Assembly (NCBI GenBank): GCA_013239625.1
Contig: MU054098.1
Span: forward strand, 837,568 to 901,567
Direction of reading: 5' to 3'
Length of the DNA stretch: 64,000 bases
DNA from: Lama guanicoe
Lineage: Eukaryota
Each line of letters begins with the position of its first letter. The first letter of the stretch is position 1. The translations under genes and the position numbers were made by a program. Shown in pieces: positions 36,701 to 49,634 of this stretch. A model generated the notes under the pieces. The model did no database searches and was not told where the DNA came from. It saw nothing but the letters and a program-made list of their open reading frames with translations.

Positions 36701-37569
36701 TTTTTATTAGAAAATGTGAATAATAGAAGAGGAATGTAATGGACTAGAGAAGCATGTGATTGAAATGTTGGGGAAGAATTTAAGGTTACGGGCATGCTTT
36801 CTCGAAATCTGTGAGGAAAGATTAAATTTTTCTGGTGATTTTCCAGTGAAAGGTCATATTATTCAATTTTAACTAAACCTTACCAAAGTTGATTTTATGT
36901 TGAAAGAATGTCTGAACTCTGTCTTTACAGACTTACTTTTCTGTGTTCAACCCCAAGTGTCATGGAGCAATGAAAACCCACAGATTATTCTGAAATTTAA
37001 ATGGGGAAAACAATTTTATTAACTTGATCTTTTTGCTCAGATTTTTGGGTACCATATTCAGCTGTTCTTTTCATTTATGTTTCTTCAAGCTGTATCTACT
37101 TCACTTACTGGGCTGAATGGATTGTGTAGACAGCCATGGGCAGAATGACAGGCTTTTGAAAATTTAGAAAGACAAATGTATTGTAAATATGAGAACTTTG
37201 TCTTCTGATATCTTTGTTCAAGCTTTGTATATGAAGAGAATTGTTAATAAACGTTGTCCAATAGTTGGAAATAAGGCAAAAGGAAAAGAGAAGGATGTTC
37301 TTTCAATATCATATGGAGGCATTTTTTTCAGCCTCACTCAAGAATTATTTAAGTTTATGTACTTTGACTCACTACTTACTATTGGTTCAAGGACCCAGAG
37401 TTAGTGAAATTACACTTTAATGTGCAAATTTCTTTTCTGATAGAGATGTAAATAATTTCCCTTTAACAGAAAATAAACCTCCACAGTTTATTTTTATTAA
37501 CTTTGAATGACATTGACTACTTTTGTTTTTAACCTAACAACTGTATTCTAGGCTTCTTTTATTAACATC

Positions 37570-38068
37570 ATAGAGGAGGAAAAAATTTTCCTTGACCCTC
37601 TCAGGGTCCTTGGCTTGTTCTGAAAATTAAACTGATGGGGATTAATTCATAGGAGAAAAGCATACAAGGTCATTTAATGCAAGTTTTGCCTGACATGGGA
37701 GCCTTCATAAAGAAATGATGACCCAAAGAAATAGATGTGAGCATTTTTTTATGCTAGGCTTGATGAAGACTGGGCAGTTGTGGAGGAATGGTTAGGGAGT
37801 ATGAGGTGAATGTACTAAGCTGGGGGAAACTTAGCAAGGCCTGTCTGCTAGAATTTTTCTTGGTGTCCCTTTGCCTTTGGAGATGGGGATGCTCCTTCCT
37901 TTCAGGTAGAGGGAGAGCATGAGGATTTTAGGATCTGTTTCGGAGGAGATGGGCAGGACTGGGGAAGGCCTTCCTGCTTCTGCTGTCTTCTCAAACTCCT
38001 TCAGCTTAAAATATCACAGTATGCCAAGCTGCCATATCTTGGGGGCCGTGTGTTCTTAACCCCATCCA
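37570..38068 (-). mobile_element. ERV1 solo LTR
   Basis: ~500 bp, ending 'atgccaagctgccatatcttgggggccgtgtgttcttaaccccatcca'. Related to the LTR at 39560 (aattaaa.tgat...aggagaaaa...acatgggag). Confidence 0.65.
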
Positions 38069-39559
38069 CTTAACCTATATATTTAGCTCTCCAGATTCTC
38101 TTGGAATCAGTTTACCATCTTACTGATTCCCACATCAATGAGTGCTTTGAATAAATGTTTGACAGGTGTTAATTTTATATGTGTATGATTTTGTTTTTAA
38201 ACTTTTGACAGTTTTACTTTGTCAGAAAATAAGGGAGAAAAAAACCACATTGTTTCAAAAAACTGTCCCATAAAATTATTTTGTTAAAGAACTTTACTTG
38301 CTCTAGAATGTGGCTACTGTGTCAAATCTGCATGTTCATATCTCAAGAAGGAATGAAACTTAATTTTTCTCCTGGCTTGTATGATGTGCTGCAAGTAGAT
38401 AGATGTATTACACAGAAACGCATCAGAGAAAAACCACTCTTTGCCATGCTGATGTCAACAAAAGTGATTTACATTTGCCTCAAAGGTTAATGATGTTATA
38501 CTAAACTCTTCTATTTTATAGGTGTTAGACTTGATTATTCTACTCTCTCTAAACTTAAGTTCCAATGAGTGGTATTATGAAATAGATTTATAAGAATTAA
38601 GTGCTTCAATTTTAATAAAAACACAAGCAATCAAATGCAAAGGTAAACACATGCTACATTATCATAAAATGAAACAATGATAAGAAAAACATGAGATGTT
38701 TTCAAATGCTGATATTTCATTAGATTTTTTTTCATAACACCAACTTGGTTCCTACTACTGAGAATGAAAAGAAAAAATGCCATTGCCTAAAATATATATA
38801 ATAAATTGATCTCAAAAAATACCAGTTAACTAGCTATGTTGTAACTGCCATGTTTTCATTCAAAATAATAGGGTGATACCAAGTCTTTTATACCAGAAGC
38901 TAGCAAGTTGATATTTAATCTGACATCAATACAAATAACTCCTTACTGTTTAAATGTTACTTACTTGGCAAGAGAAGCAGACAATTGACGTTTCTAAAAC
39001 AGGAAAGAAATTCAAACTAAAGAGGAAAATCACTGCCATTTACTCAGTATTCGTGACGTTGAGGGGAAATATGGTGTCACAGTATACAAATATGAGGCCA
39101 TGTCTTTTTTTTCCAACTATTTTATGCAAAAGTATAGCCATCATAATTTGTATAATCAGAATGAAGTATGTCATCAAAGCAAGAAATCCTATAACTAACT
39201 GGTCATGATATCCACTTATGTAGCCTGCAGTGTCTGTCGGTAAATGAGACTTGATGATAATAGACTTTTTAATGTTATAGCATTTAATTAAAACTACCAA
39301 TAAAATGATCCACTGGAGACAGGAAAAGAGCAGTGTTTCCCATATAACTCAAATGGTTGTAGTCATTTTTAAAGTTTCATTTTCTCATTTAAAAATAATC
39401 TATGGTAGTTCAGGAAATAGACCCTTTGCTTTAAAAGATGACAACACTGATACTATTCCTTAACGTGAATACCCCTAGGTGATAATTACTTCAAAACATT
39501 TAGATTTTTGCCAACAGTATACATCTGTACCTGTAAACTCCATGCTTATACTAAGCCAA

Positions 39560-40075
39560 TGTAGAGGTGGACAAAATTTCCCTTCTAGGTTTTTTGGCTG
39601 GTCTAATAATTAAATTGATAAAAATCAGGTTAACAGGAAAAATCAAACAAGTTTAATAACACTTATACATGGGAGACCCAAGAAAACTGAGTAACTCCCT
39701 GAAATAGCTGAAGCCATCACCATAAACACCATCTTCAGCTTAAGAATAAAAGAAGTTGAGAGTAGGAAATCCGTTAGGAGAGGTGACCAGGAAAAGCACA
39801 GTAAATAAGGGTAAGGTTGTCAGGCAGATTTAAGTTGTGGCCTTCTCTGTTAAGAGTTTCTAAAGTTGTAGAGTCATCCTTCTCTTCCTAGTACACAGAG
39901 GGAGACATCCTGTCAAATGGAGATTTCCCTTATAAATGTAAATGTTTCTTATAAAACAGTAACCTCTACTCAGTTTTTACAGATTCTCTCACGTCTGCTG
40001 TTCTCAATATCCAGCTTAAAATAATCAGTATACCAAAGAGGAACATTTTGAGGTGGTAAAATCTGTTCCCCTTAA
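39560..40075 (-). mobile_element. ERV1 solo LTR
   Basis: TG start, ending 'taccaaagaggaacattttgaggtggtaaaatctgttcccctta'. Same architecture as 37570-38068. Confidence 0.65.
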
Positions 40076-40233
40076 GGAATTTTCCTGTGTTTCCTAATGG
40101 ATTACATTCTACCACTTCATTTTGAATTTATTGCTTTTTAGCCTGGTGAGAAATCTATACTAATTGAGTATCAAGATAATATTGAAATCTCTTCCCTCCT
40201 ACTTACACTTATATATTTTTAGGATGACACTTT

Positions 40234-43200
40234 TTTTTTGTTTTTTTAATTATATTTTTAGTTTTTCACTTTTATTGAGATATAATTGGCATACAGCTCT
40301 GGATAAGTTTAAGATGCACTGCATGACGACTTGACATACACATATTGCGAAATGATTGCCACAGTAAGTTTATGTCCCCAGTACTTATTTATTTTATAAC
40401 TGAAAGTTTGTACCTTTTGACCATCTTCTTTCACTATTCGACCCCCACCTCTTGGCTCTTTCTGGTAACCACAAATCTGATCTGTTTTTCTGTGAGTGTT
40501 TTGTTTTTGTTTTTTTATTCTTTTAGGTTGCAAGGTATGGTTTTAAATCAGTCCTTTTTTTAAAAAAAATGAAGTATAGTTGACATATTGTATTATGTTC
40601 CTTTCAGGTTTAAAACATAGCGACCCAACAATCAAATACATGAAATGATCACCACAAGTCCAGTAGCAATCTGTCACTACAAAATTATTAGTGTTATTGA
40701 CTATATTTCTTATGCTGTATATTATATCCCCATGACATTTATTTTATAACTAGAAGTATGTATCTCTTAATCCCCTCTGCCTATTATACCTAACCCCTTA
40801 TCCACCTTCCCCTCTGGTAACCACCAATTTGCTCTCCATATTATAAATGTTTCCATTTTGTTTTGTTTTGTTTGTTTTGTTTTTTTAGTTTCCACATGTA
40901 GGTGAGATCATATGGTATTTGTCTTTCTATGCCTAACTTATTTCATTTAACATAATAATTCTATAGGTCCATCCATGTTGTCTCAAATGACACAATTTCA
41001 TTTTTTTTTGGTGTCTGAGTAATATTGCTTTGTGTCTGTGTGTACGTGTGTGTATACATATATATATATATAGTGTGTGTGTGTATACACACACCTCATC
41101 TTCTTTATTCATTTATCAATGGACATTTAGGTTGCTTCTATAACTTGGCTTTCTTAAATAATACTGCAGTGGGCAGAGAGGTACATATATCTTTTCAAAT
41201 CAGTGATTTTTATTTCTTTAGGTGAATACCCAGAAGTGGAATTGCTGGATGGTATAGTAGTTCAATTTTTTTTTTGAGGAAAAGAACTTCCTATTTTTCA
41301 TACTGGTGGCAACAATTTACATTCCCACCAATAGTGAATTCCACATCCTCAGCAACACTTGTTATTGTCTTTTTGATGATAGCCATTCTGACAAGTGTGA
41401 GGTGGTATCTCATTGTGGTTTTGATTTGCATTTCTTTGATAACTGGTGATATTGAGTATCTTTTCATGTATCTAAAGGCCATCTGTATGTGTTCTTTGTA
41501 GAAATGTATATTCAGGTCCTCTGACTATTGCTTAACTGGATTTTTTTAATATTGACTTTTGTGACTTCTTTATATAATTTGGATATTAACCCTTATCAGA
41601 TACATCACTTACAAATATTTCCTGCCATTCAATAGATTGCCTTTTTATTGTATTGATGGTTTCCTTTGCTGTGCAAAAGCTTTTTAGTTTGTTGTAGTCC
41701 CATTTGTTTACTGTTGTTCTTGCCTGAGGAGACAGTTTCAAAAAAGTAACACTGAGAATGGTGTCAGAGTGTACTGCATGTTTCTCCTTCTAAGAGTTTA
41801 TGATTTCAGGTCTTACATTTAAGTCTTTAGTTGATTTTGAGTTTATTTTTATATATAGTGTAAGGAAATGGTCATTTCATTTTTTTTTGTAAGTAGCAGT
41901 CCAGTTTTCCTAACACCATTTATTAGAGGCAATCCCCCCCAACCCATTGTATAATCTTGTCTCTTTTGTCAAAGACTAACTGACCATATAAGTGTGAATT
42001 TATTTCTGGGCTTTCTATTCTGTTCCATTGATCTATGTGTCTGTTTTATGCCAGTGCCATACTAATTTTATTAGTACAACTTTGTAGTACAGTTTAAAAT
42101 CAGGGAACATGATACATCCAGGTTTGTTCTTTCTCAGGATTTCCTTGGCTATTCAGGGCCTTTTGTAGTTGCATACAAATTTTTGATTATTTTTTCCAGT
42201 CCTGCGAAAAATGCTGTTGGTACTTTGGTAAGGATTGCACTGAATCTGTAGATTACTTTGGGTAGTATGATCATTTTAACAATGTTAATTCTGGTGCATG
42301 AACATAGTATATCTTTTCATTGATTTTTATCATCTTTAGTTTCTTTCACCGGAGTCTTACAGTTTTTAGAGTACAGGTCTTTCACCTTCTGGGTTAAATT
42401 TATTCCCATGTTTTATTCATTTTGATGCCATTGTAAGCAGGATTGTTTTCTTTATATCTCTTTCTGATAGGTCCTTTTTGTGTGTGTAGAAATGCTACAG
42501 ATTTCTGTATATAATTTTGTATCTTGCAAATTTTCTTAATTCATTTATTCTAATAATTGTTTGGTAGCATCTATAGGGTTTTCTATATGTTAATATCAAG
42601 TCATCTACAAACAGTGACAGTTTTATTTCTCCCCTTCCAATTTTGATGCATTTTCTTACCTAATTGCTGTGGCTAGGGCTTCTGATACTATGTTGAATAA
42701 AAATGGCCAGAGTGGGCATCCTTGTCTTGTTCCTGATCTTAGAGGAAATGCTTTCAGCTGTCACCACTGAGTATGATGTTAGCTGTGAGTTTGTCTTGTA
42801 CAGTCTTTTATATTGAGGTATGTTCCCTCTGAGCCCATTTTGTTGAGAGTTTTTATCATAAATGGATGTTGAATTTTGTCAAAAGCTTTCCCTGTACCTA
42901 TTGAAATGATCGTATAATTTTTACCCTTCATTTTGTTAATGTGGTGTATCACATGGATTTGCAGATACTGAACCTTCATTGTATCTCTGGAATAAATCCC
43001 GCTTGATTATAGTGTATGATCCTTTGTATTGTTGAATTCAGTTTGCTAGTATATGGTTGATTGCTGCATCTATGTTCATCAGGAATATTGGTCTATACTT
43101 TCTTTTATGTGTGTAGTGTCTTTGTCTGGTTTTGCTATCAGGGTGATGCTGGCCTTTAAGAATGAATTTGGAAGTATTACTTTCTTTTCAGTTTTTGGAA

Positions 43201-45196
43201 ATAGTTTGAGAAAGATAGGTATTAAGTCTTCTTTAAATGTTTGGTAGAATTCACCAGTCAAGCTGTCTGGTTCTAGACTTTTTTTTGTTGGGAGTTTTTG
43301 ATGACTAATTCAATTTCATTACTAGTAATTGGTCTGTTCAGAATTTGTACGTCTTCCTGATTCAGTCTTGGAAGATTGTATGTTGCTGGGAATTCATTCA
43401 TTTCTTCTAAGCTGTACAATTTGGTGGTGTATAGTTTTTCATAGCAATCTCATGGTATTTTGTATTTCTGTGGTTTGGTTGTAACTTCTGTTTCATTTCT
43501 AATTATATTACTTTAGGCCCTCTCTCTTTTTCTTGATACGTCTGGCTAAAGGTTTGTCATTTTTTTTTTATTGTTTCAAAGAACCAACTCTTAATTTCAT
43601 CAGTCTTTCTATTGTTTTTTAGTTTCTATTTCATTTATTTCTGCTTTGATATTTATTATTTTCTTCCTTCTACTAAGTTTGGGTTTTGCTTGTTCTTTTT
43701 CTAGTTCCTTTAAATATACATTTAGATGGTTTACTTGTGATTTTTTTTCTCGTTTCTTGAGTTAGGCCTGTATTGCTATGAACTTGTGTCTTAGAACTTC
43801 CTTTGCTATTCCTCATAGATTTTGGAACACTGTATTTCCATTTTCATTTGTCTCAAGGTATTTTTTGATTTCTTCAACAATCCATTGGTTGTTTAGTAGC
43901 ATGTTGTATAGACTTCATTGTGTCTGTGTTTTTTTCTGATTGTTTTCTTTAGTTGATTTTGTCTCATACTGTTGTGGTCAGAAAGAATGCTTGATATGAT
44001 TCCAGTCTTCTTAAGTATATTGAGATTTGCTTTGTGGCCTAATATGTAATCCTGGAGAATGTTTCATGTGCACTTGAAAAGTGCATTTGATGTTTTGGGG
44101 TGGAATGTCCTGTATATATCTATTAAGTACATTTGCATGAAAATCCTTTTCTGTCCTCTTACTTTTAGTCTGTATCTTTAGATCTGAAGTGAGTCTTTTA
44201 TAGGCAGCATATATATGGACCTTTTTTTTTAATCCACTCAGCCACTCTGTCTTTTAATTGGAGCATTTATTCCATTTACTGTTAAAGCAGTTATTGGTAG
44301 GTAAGTACTTATTGCCATTTTGTTAATTATTTTTTGGTTATTTTTGTTGTTCTTCTCTGTCCTTTCTGCTTGTCTTGCTTTCTTCCCTTGTGCTTTGATG
44401 ACTTTCTAGTGTTATGTTTGTGTTCCTTTCTTGTTATTTTTTTAGTGAATCTACTATCAGTTTTTGGTTTGTTATACCATGAGGTTTTAATATAATCTGT
44501 GTATATAGCAGTTTATGTTGATGGTTGCTAAAATTTGAGTGTGTTCTGAAAGCATTATGTATTTAGTTGCCCATCCCCCATGTTTTATGTTTTTGATATC
44601 ATCTTTTACATCTTTTATTTTGTGTATATCTTACTAATTATTGCAAGTACATATGATTTAGTCTTTTAACCTTAATGCTAGTTATAAAGTTGATCTTTAG
44701 TATATTATTGCCTTAACAGTGAGATTTTTTTCTTTCATAATATTCATATTTATAATTATGGTCTTTCCTTTTCTGTATAAAGAAGTACCTTTAACATTTC
44801 CTATGAGGTCAATTTAGCAGTGATAAACTCCTTAGCTTCTGCTTGTCTCAGAAACTCTTTATCTCTCCTTCAATTCTGAATGATAACCTTGCCAGATAAA
44901 ATATTCTTGGCTGTAAGTTTTTTCCTTTCGCTGCTTTGAACATGTGCTAATCCCTTCCAGCCTGTAAAGTTTCTGCTGAAAAGTCAGCTGATAGTGTTAT
45001 TGGGGCTCCCCTATATGTAACTAGTTGTTGTCTTGCTGCTTTTAAGATTCTCTCTTTAACTTTTGGCATTTTAATTCTAATGTGTCTTAGTGTGGGTCTC
45101 TTTGGGTTTATCTCATTTGAGATGCTCTGCACTTCTCAGACTTAGAGGTCTGTTTCACCAGCTTAGGAAAGGTTTTGGCCATTATGTCTTCAAATA

Positions 45197-45262
<66 letters not shown>

Positions 45263-46298
45263 CTTATGGTACCCTTATAATGCAAATGTTTGTATGCCTG
45301 ATGTTGTTCAAGAGGTTCCTTAAACTATTCTTACTTTTTTGGTTTCTTTTTTCTTTTTGCTGTTCAAATTAAGGGAAACTACTAGCCTATCTTCTAGATT
45401 GCTGATCCTTTTCCTGTGTCATCTAGTCTACTGTTCATTCTCCAGTGTAATTTATTTTCCATTATTGTATTCTTCAGCTCTGATTGGTTCTTTTTAGAAG
45501 TAGGGCTGGGGGGGCAGAGGGCTGCTTTGGAGGGGCTCTGCTTCTGGCCAAGAACAGCTACTGGTTCTGGTGAAGTAGGGGGAGTCACTTTGGAGGAGGC
45601 CCAATTGTTGGGTCTGCAGGTGAACCCAGATCAGTTTGAGTGGTGCTAATTGGTTAGAAGGGGAGAGTCAGAAATGATGCCTGCCAATGCTGGGCCAGCT
45701 AGGTAGAGAGTGAGACACAAACAAAAGAACTGACACCTACCACCTCTTTACTCATAGGAATTTCCAACAGATCCTTGCCCCTTGGGCACACTCTAAATGT
45801 AGTCAATGAATCTCCTTCATATATGACTCAGGTGCTTTTCAGACTGCTGCCTCTGAGCTGGGACATGGCTGAGTGAGGTTTTGCATCTGGGCTTTAAGAG
45901 CAGAATCTTAGTTTCCTGCAGCCCTTTCAGCTCATGTGAGATGCTCCATGGGTTTTCAAAACCAGGTATTATGGGAGTTTATCTTCCTGGTGCAGTTTAT
46001 CTGGGCCAGTGAGCCCAAGGTGAGGTTTGGAACCCTCAGTTCAGGGGAACTTCTGAAGCTGTGGTATCCCTTCTGCCTGTGGGTTGTAGTGCCATGAGTG
46101 TGGGGCCTGGCCAGACTGCATCTCCACCCCTCCTACCTATCTCATAGATTTTCGATTTCTTCTTTAGTTGTAAAAATCTTTCCTGCTAGTCTTCAGGTCA
46201 CTCTTAGAAATAGTCTGTCTATATGTAGTTGTAACTTTGGTGTGTTCGTGGGAGGAGGAGAGCCCAGGATCTTTCTTCTCTACCATCTTGTCTCACCC
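40234..46298 (-). mobile_element. Near full-length decayed LINE-1 with TSD
   Basis: Poly-T at the left and 5' terminus ctaccatcttg (decayed YY1 motif) at the right. TSD tttttaggatgacacttt (40216-33) / ttttgagtatgacacttt (46299-316). ORF2 remnants [16 protein letters not shown] and [18 protein letters not shown]1 remnant NPKRPTLRHIRIKMPKVKERILKAAR. Confidence 0.95.
45199..45259. repeat. (CT)n microsatellite, ~30 units, inside L1 ORF1
   Basis: Uninterrupted CT run. Confidence 0.98.
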
Positions 46299-47479
46299 TT
46301 TTGAGTATGACACTTTAAATTTATCTTTAAAATTTCAAGTAAAGTTTTCACTCTTTCTCACCTCTCTTTTTAAACAGTTTGATATCTCAAATTGCTTTTT
46401 ATAACCAGTAAGGAAAAATTCATTTTGCACACTCCAAGAAAAATTGGAATTTCCCAGCAAGGCTGTCTTATTCTACAGTGTCACTTTTCATCACCGGCAC
46501 AACATTGGAGTAATTCAAGTTGTAATTATAATTTGTTCCTCAAGCCCCACACCGAGATATTCTGCCTGCTTGAATAAAGCTATTCCATGACCATTTACCC
46601 AGCTGTAGTTGTCGTTGTAGATATGGTACCCATGAATAGAAAAACATTATTCATTCATTAAAATCATTCCTTTTACTTCATTATCATCCCATACATATGC
46701 CATCACACTGGATGGGATTTTTAAACACATTCAAAATGCTAATGATAGCTTTTACTAACAAGCACTTTGAGTATGTTAAGTAGCTTGCAGTTCCCATCCC
46801 ATCAAAAAAGCAAAGCAACAAAAAGTAGCACATTGAAAATATTTTCTTGGTTCCACTATTAAAAATATCAGTTAGTTCTAAGGTGATACAAGTATTCTAA
46901 AAACTAGGAGGAGACAACTGATCTGGCCTAGAGAAAAATAATATTCATGATAAAAGTTTTTTAACTCTCCAAAAATAAACTTTAGGAGATTTCCAAAGAT
47001 ACACAGTGTATTTATTCCCTTTCTTGAATTTCCCATTTCAGAATAACAAAATTTGTCCTAATGTAATTTTAAAGCATTAGAATACAGCTGATATTTCTTG
47101 ATACACAAATTCATTAAATATCAACATAGCTTTTTCTACCTAGAATTAAGACCCCTATCCTGAATAAGTCTCCTGTGAGTCTATCTGCAATTCTTTGTAG
47201 CCCCTCCCCACAAATGAACCATATTTAATGTAAAAAATATGCAATACTAATTATCTTTAGGGAAAATGTTATTGTTAGAATATTTTAAGATGCAATAGAA
47301 TCTGATGCCTGTGATTGTAGACTTAAAAAACTTGTTTTTTCTTTAACTGGGGTAATTGGGTATTTGAAAACTCAGTATTAACATTTTGTTTCTATTTCAA
47401 CTCCTTAAGGGAATTATTTAAAACAACATAAAAGTATTTGGTAGAGCCTCTAATGCTACTTTTCACAGTCTCATATAAT

Positions 47480-48595
47480 ATAAAAAACTAAAATGAAGAA
47501 AAAATTTCCTTTAGTGTCATCCATGATATTTATGATTTCTGTTCCATCTTTTTGGCTTTTGTCTCCTTTAGGATAGTTGTTCAAATTTAATTTTTGTTAT
47601 TGATAATTAGAAAATCTTCCTTAAACGTCAAAAGTTGTTATTTAATATTCCATATTACACTGTAAATTCCTGTCAAATTTGGAAAAGCTGTATCGTTTCT
47701 CTTCTATATGAGTTGTAAGAGGAAAGAGACTTTTCTGCACACTAGCTTTTGTTGGGACTCCATTATCTATGTCCTTCTGGTGCTGGGTGAAATAATCTCT
47801 GTCCCCGTACTTTCCTGTCGTGATGGTTGGGTGGCAGGATGAGCAGGAGAATTCATCAGAGCCTTCCTACACTGGGACAACTAGCAATAACTTGTCACCA
47901 GAAGGATGGGCAAACACAAACATATCCCACTAAAACCAAACTAAGTATGTCACTTTCTGTATTACTTCTCCTTAATTGGATCCTCAAATTATCTGGAGCC
48001 ATTCCAATCTGGAAAGGGACAAATATATCAAATGACAAAATAATACAGTTTAGTAATGAGCTGGATACCCTTTACTTCAGGGGGAAAAAATCCACGGATT
48101 GGGAGATGACAGTGCCTCACACGTACTGGAGCACTCCTGCTGAGGGATTTTGGGCAAGAGCGAGTTTTATAGAGCATTAGAAGCAGCAACATGGAAACAG
48201 GGCATGATTGGCTAGGTGGTCAGGGATTTCCTGGTAAGGCTAGTGAGTCCTGTTTTCTTGGATAATGTGAGCCAGCTTAAGCTGAGTTGGAGGATTGTGA
48301 TTGGAGTATGTTAAGCTTTCTTGACAGGGGCTTCCCATACGTGTAGGCTGACTTAGTTTACATCTGTGACGTGGGCAAGGCCACTGGGCAGCCTCCATTT
48401 TGTAGGTTCTAATGTACAAGTTAACTTTATCAAACAGGAGTTCAAAGTAACCATGGTCTTAAAACAACTGGGGTTATATTATCATCTTCTTGCTGCTTTC
48501 ATTTACTAACTGATTTTTAAAAGCTAAGAGTGCCCAATACCTTCTTTTGATTGTAAGTTAAGTTTTGCTTGTCAAAGATAAAACTTTTTATAGGC
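47480..48595 (-). repeat. Inverted duplication, right arm (contains the LTR copy at ~48010-48418)
   Basis: Reverse complement of 34419-35520. TATA box on the minus strand at 48165-48171. Confidence 0.97.
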
Positions 48596-49150
48596 CACTG
48601 CTTCATAGTTGGATTTTCTTTGGTTGGGTGGAAGATATGTCAGAGACTGGTTTCCATTTTTTGTTCTTCTGCTCATTTCCATCTTAAATTTTCAATACTG
48701 ATGGGTGATTACTAGAACAATATTTCCTACTTAGATTTTTACTTGAGTGTTGCTGTTCAAATTATATATTTGTTACTGCATATCAAACTGTGGTACCTCA
48801 TTTTGTACAAAAATTATCTTTCAACTTTAGGACAAACTGCCCATTTTGATGGGGCCTCTGAGGGCAGCCTTTTCTAGGTAAAGGGAGTCAAAGTACCATC
48901 AATAGTGAAAAAATATGAGCTTCAGACAATTGTATGATTGGATAAGTTAGATATCATAGAACTTAAAAACTTATAATTTAATTTAAAGTTTTATTTTGCT
49001 TTATAATTGCTTACCAAGTTATCTTGGAAAATGATTTCCAGACAATGATTTCCTGACAATGATTTTTATCAACCATAAAGTATAAAGGTTTGTTCCTATC
49101 TCCCACATAGGTATACCATAGTTCCCAATCAAATAAAAAGCTGAGTGCAA

Positions 49151-49634
49151 TGACAAAAATTGTCTAATTGACCAAACTCTACTCAGGCTCCTCTGAGCTT
49201 TTTTTCAACTAGACCTCAACTTTTGGAGTTCTGTGTTCATGTTTGCATTGTCAAGTTTTAGAAAGAATCCTAAGTCAGTTTAATCAGAATCCTTTATCCT
49301 CCATATTTGATCACTCTTGATACCAGTCAGGTTCCTTATCTTCTACCATCTCCCCACTGATGTCTAATCACCTTGCCCTGCCTTCAGCAAGAATCCCTTT
49401 AGGTCTGTTTAGCTGGAATTTTCCCTTATCCATGATGTTTCCTCTCAGTAATTTTTCATCCACTGACCACACCTTTTTCCTTGGCTATAATTTCCCAGTT
49501 TTTTCTTGTATTCAGAGTTGAGCCCAATCTCTCTTCTCCACTGTAAGATCCCTACACCTATCACAATAGTCCACCTTTGAATAAAGTCCTCCTTGTTGTC
49601 TTTAGCAAGTATCATGAAAAATTTTGTCTTTAAC
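49151..49634 (+). mobile_element. ERV1 solo LTR (MER31-like)
   Basis: Starts tgacaaaaattgtctaattgaccaaactct..caggctcc. TATA-like 'ggctataa' at ~49483, AATAAA at 49580, ends tctttaaca. Confidence 0.8.

Noticed and set aside
45175..45372. Ser/Leu-repeat ORF
   Set aside because: Translation of the (CT)n microsatellite.
34419..48595. Giant DNA transposon with 1.1 kb terminal inverted repeats
   Set aside because: No TSD at the outer ends and no transposase. The arms are composites of LTR and other decayed DNA, and the spacer is ordinary genomic sequence.
49031..49068. 14-bp tandem repeat aatgatttcc(a/t)gac, about 2.6 copies
   Set aside because: Ordinary slippage duplication with no sign of function.
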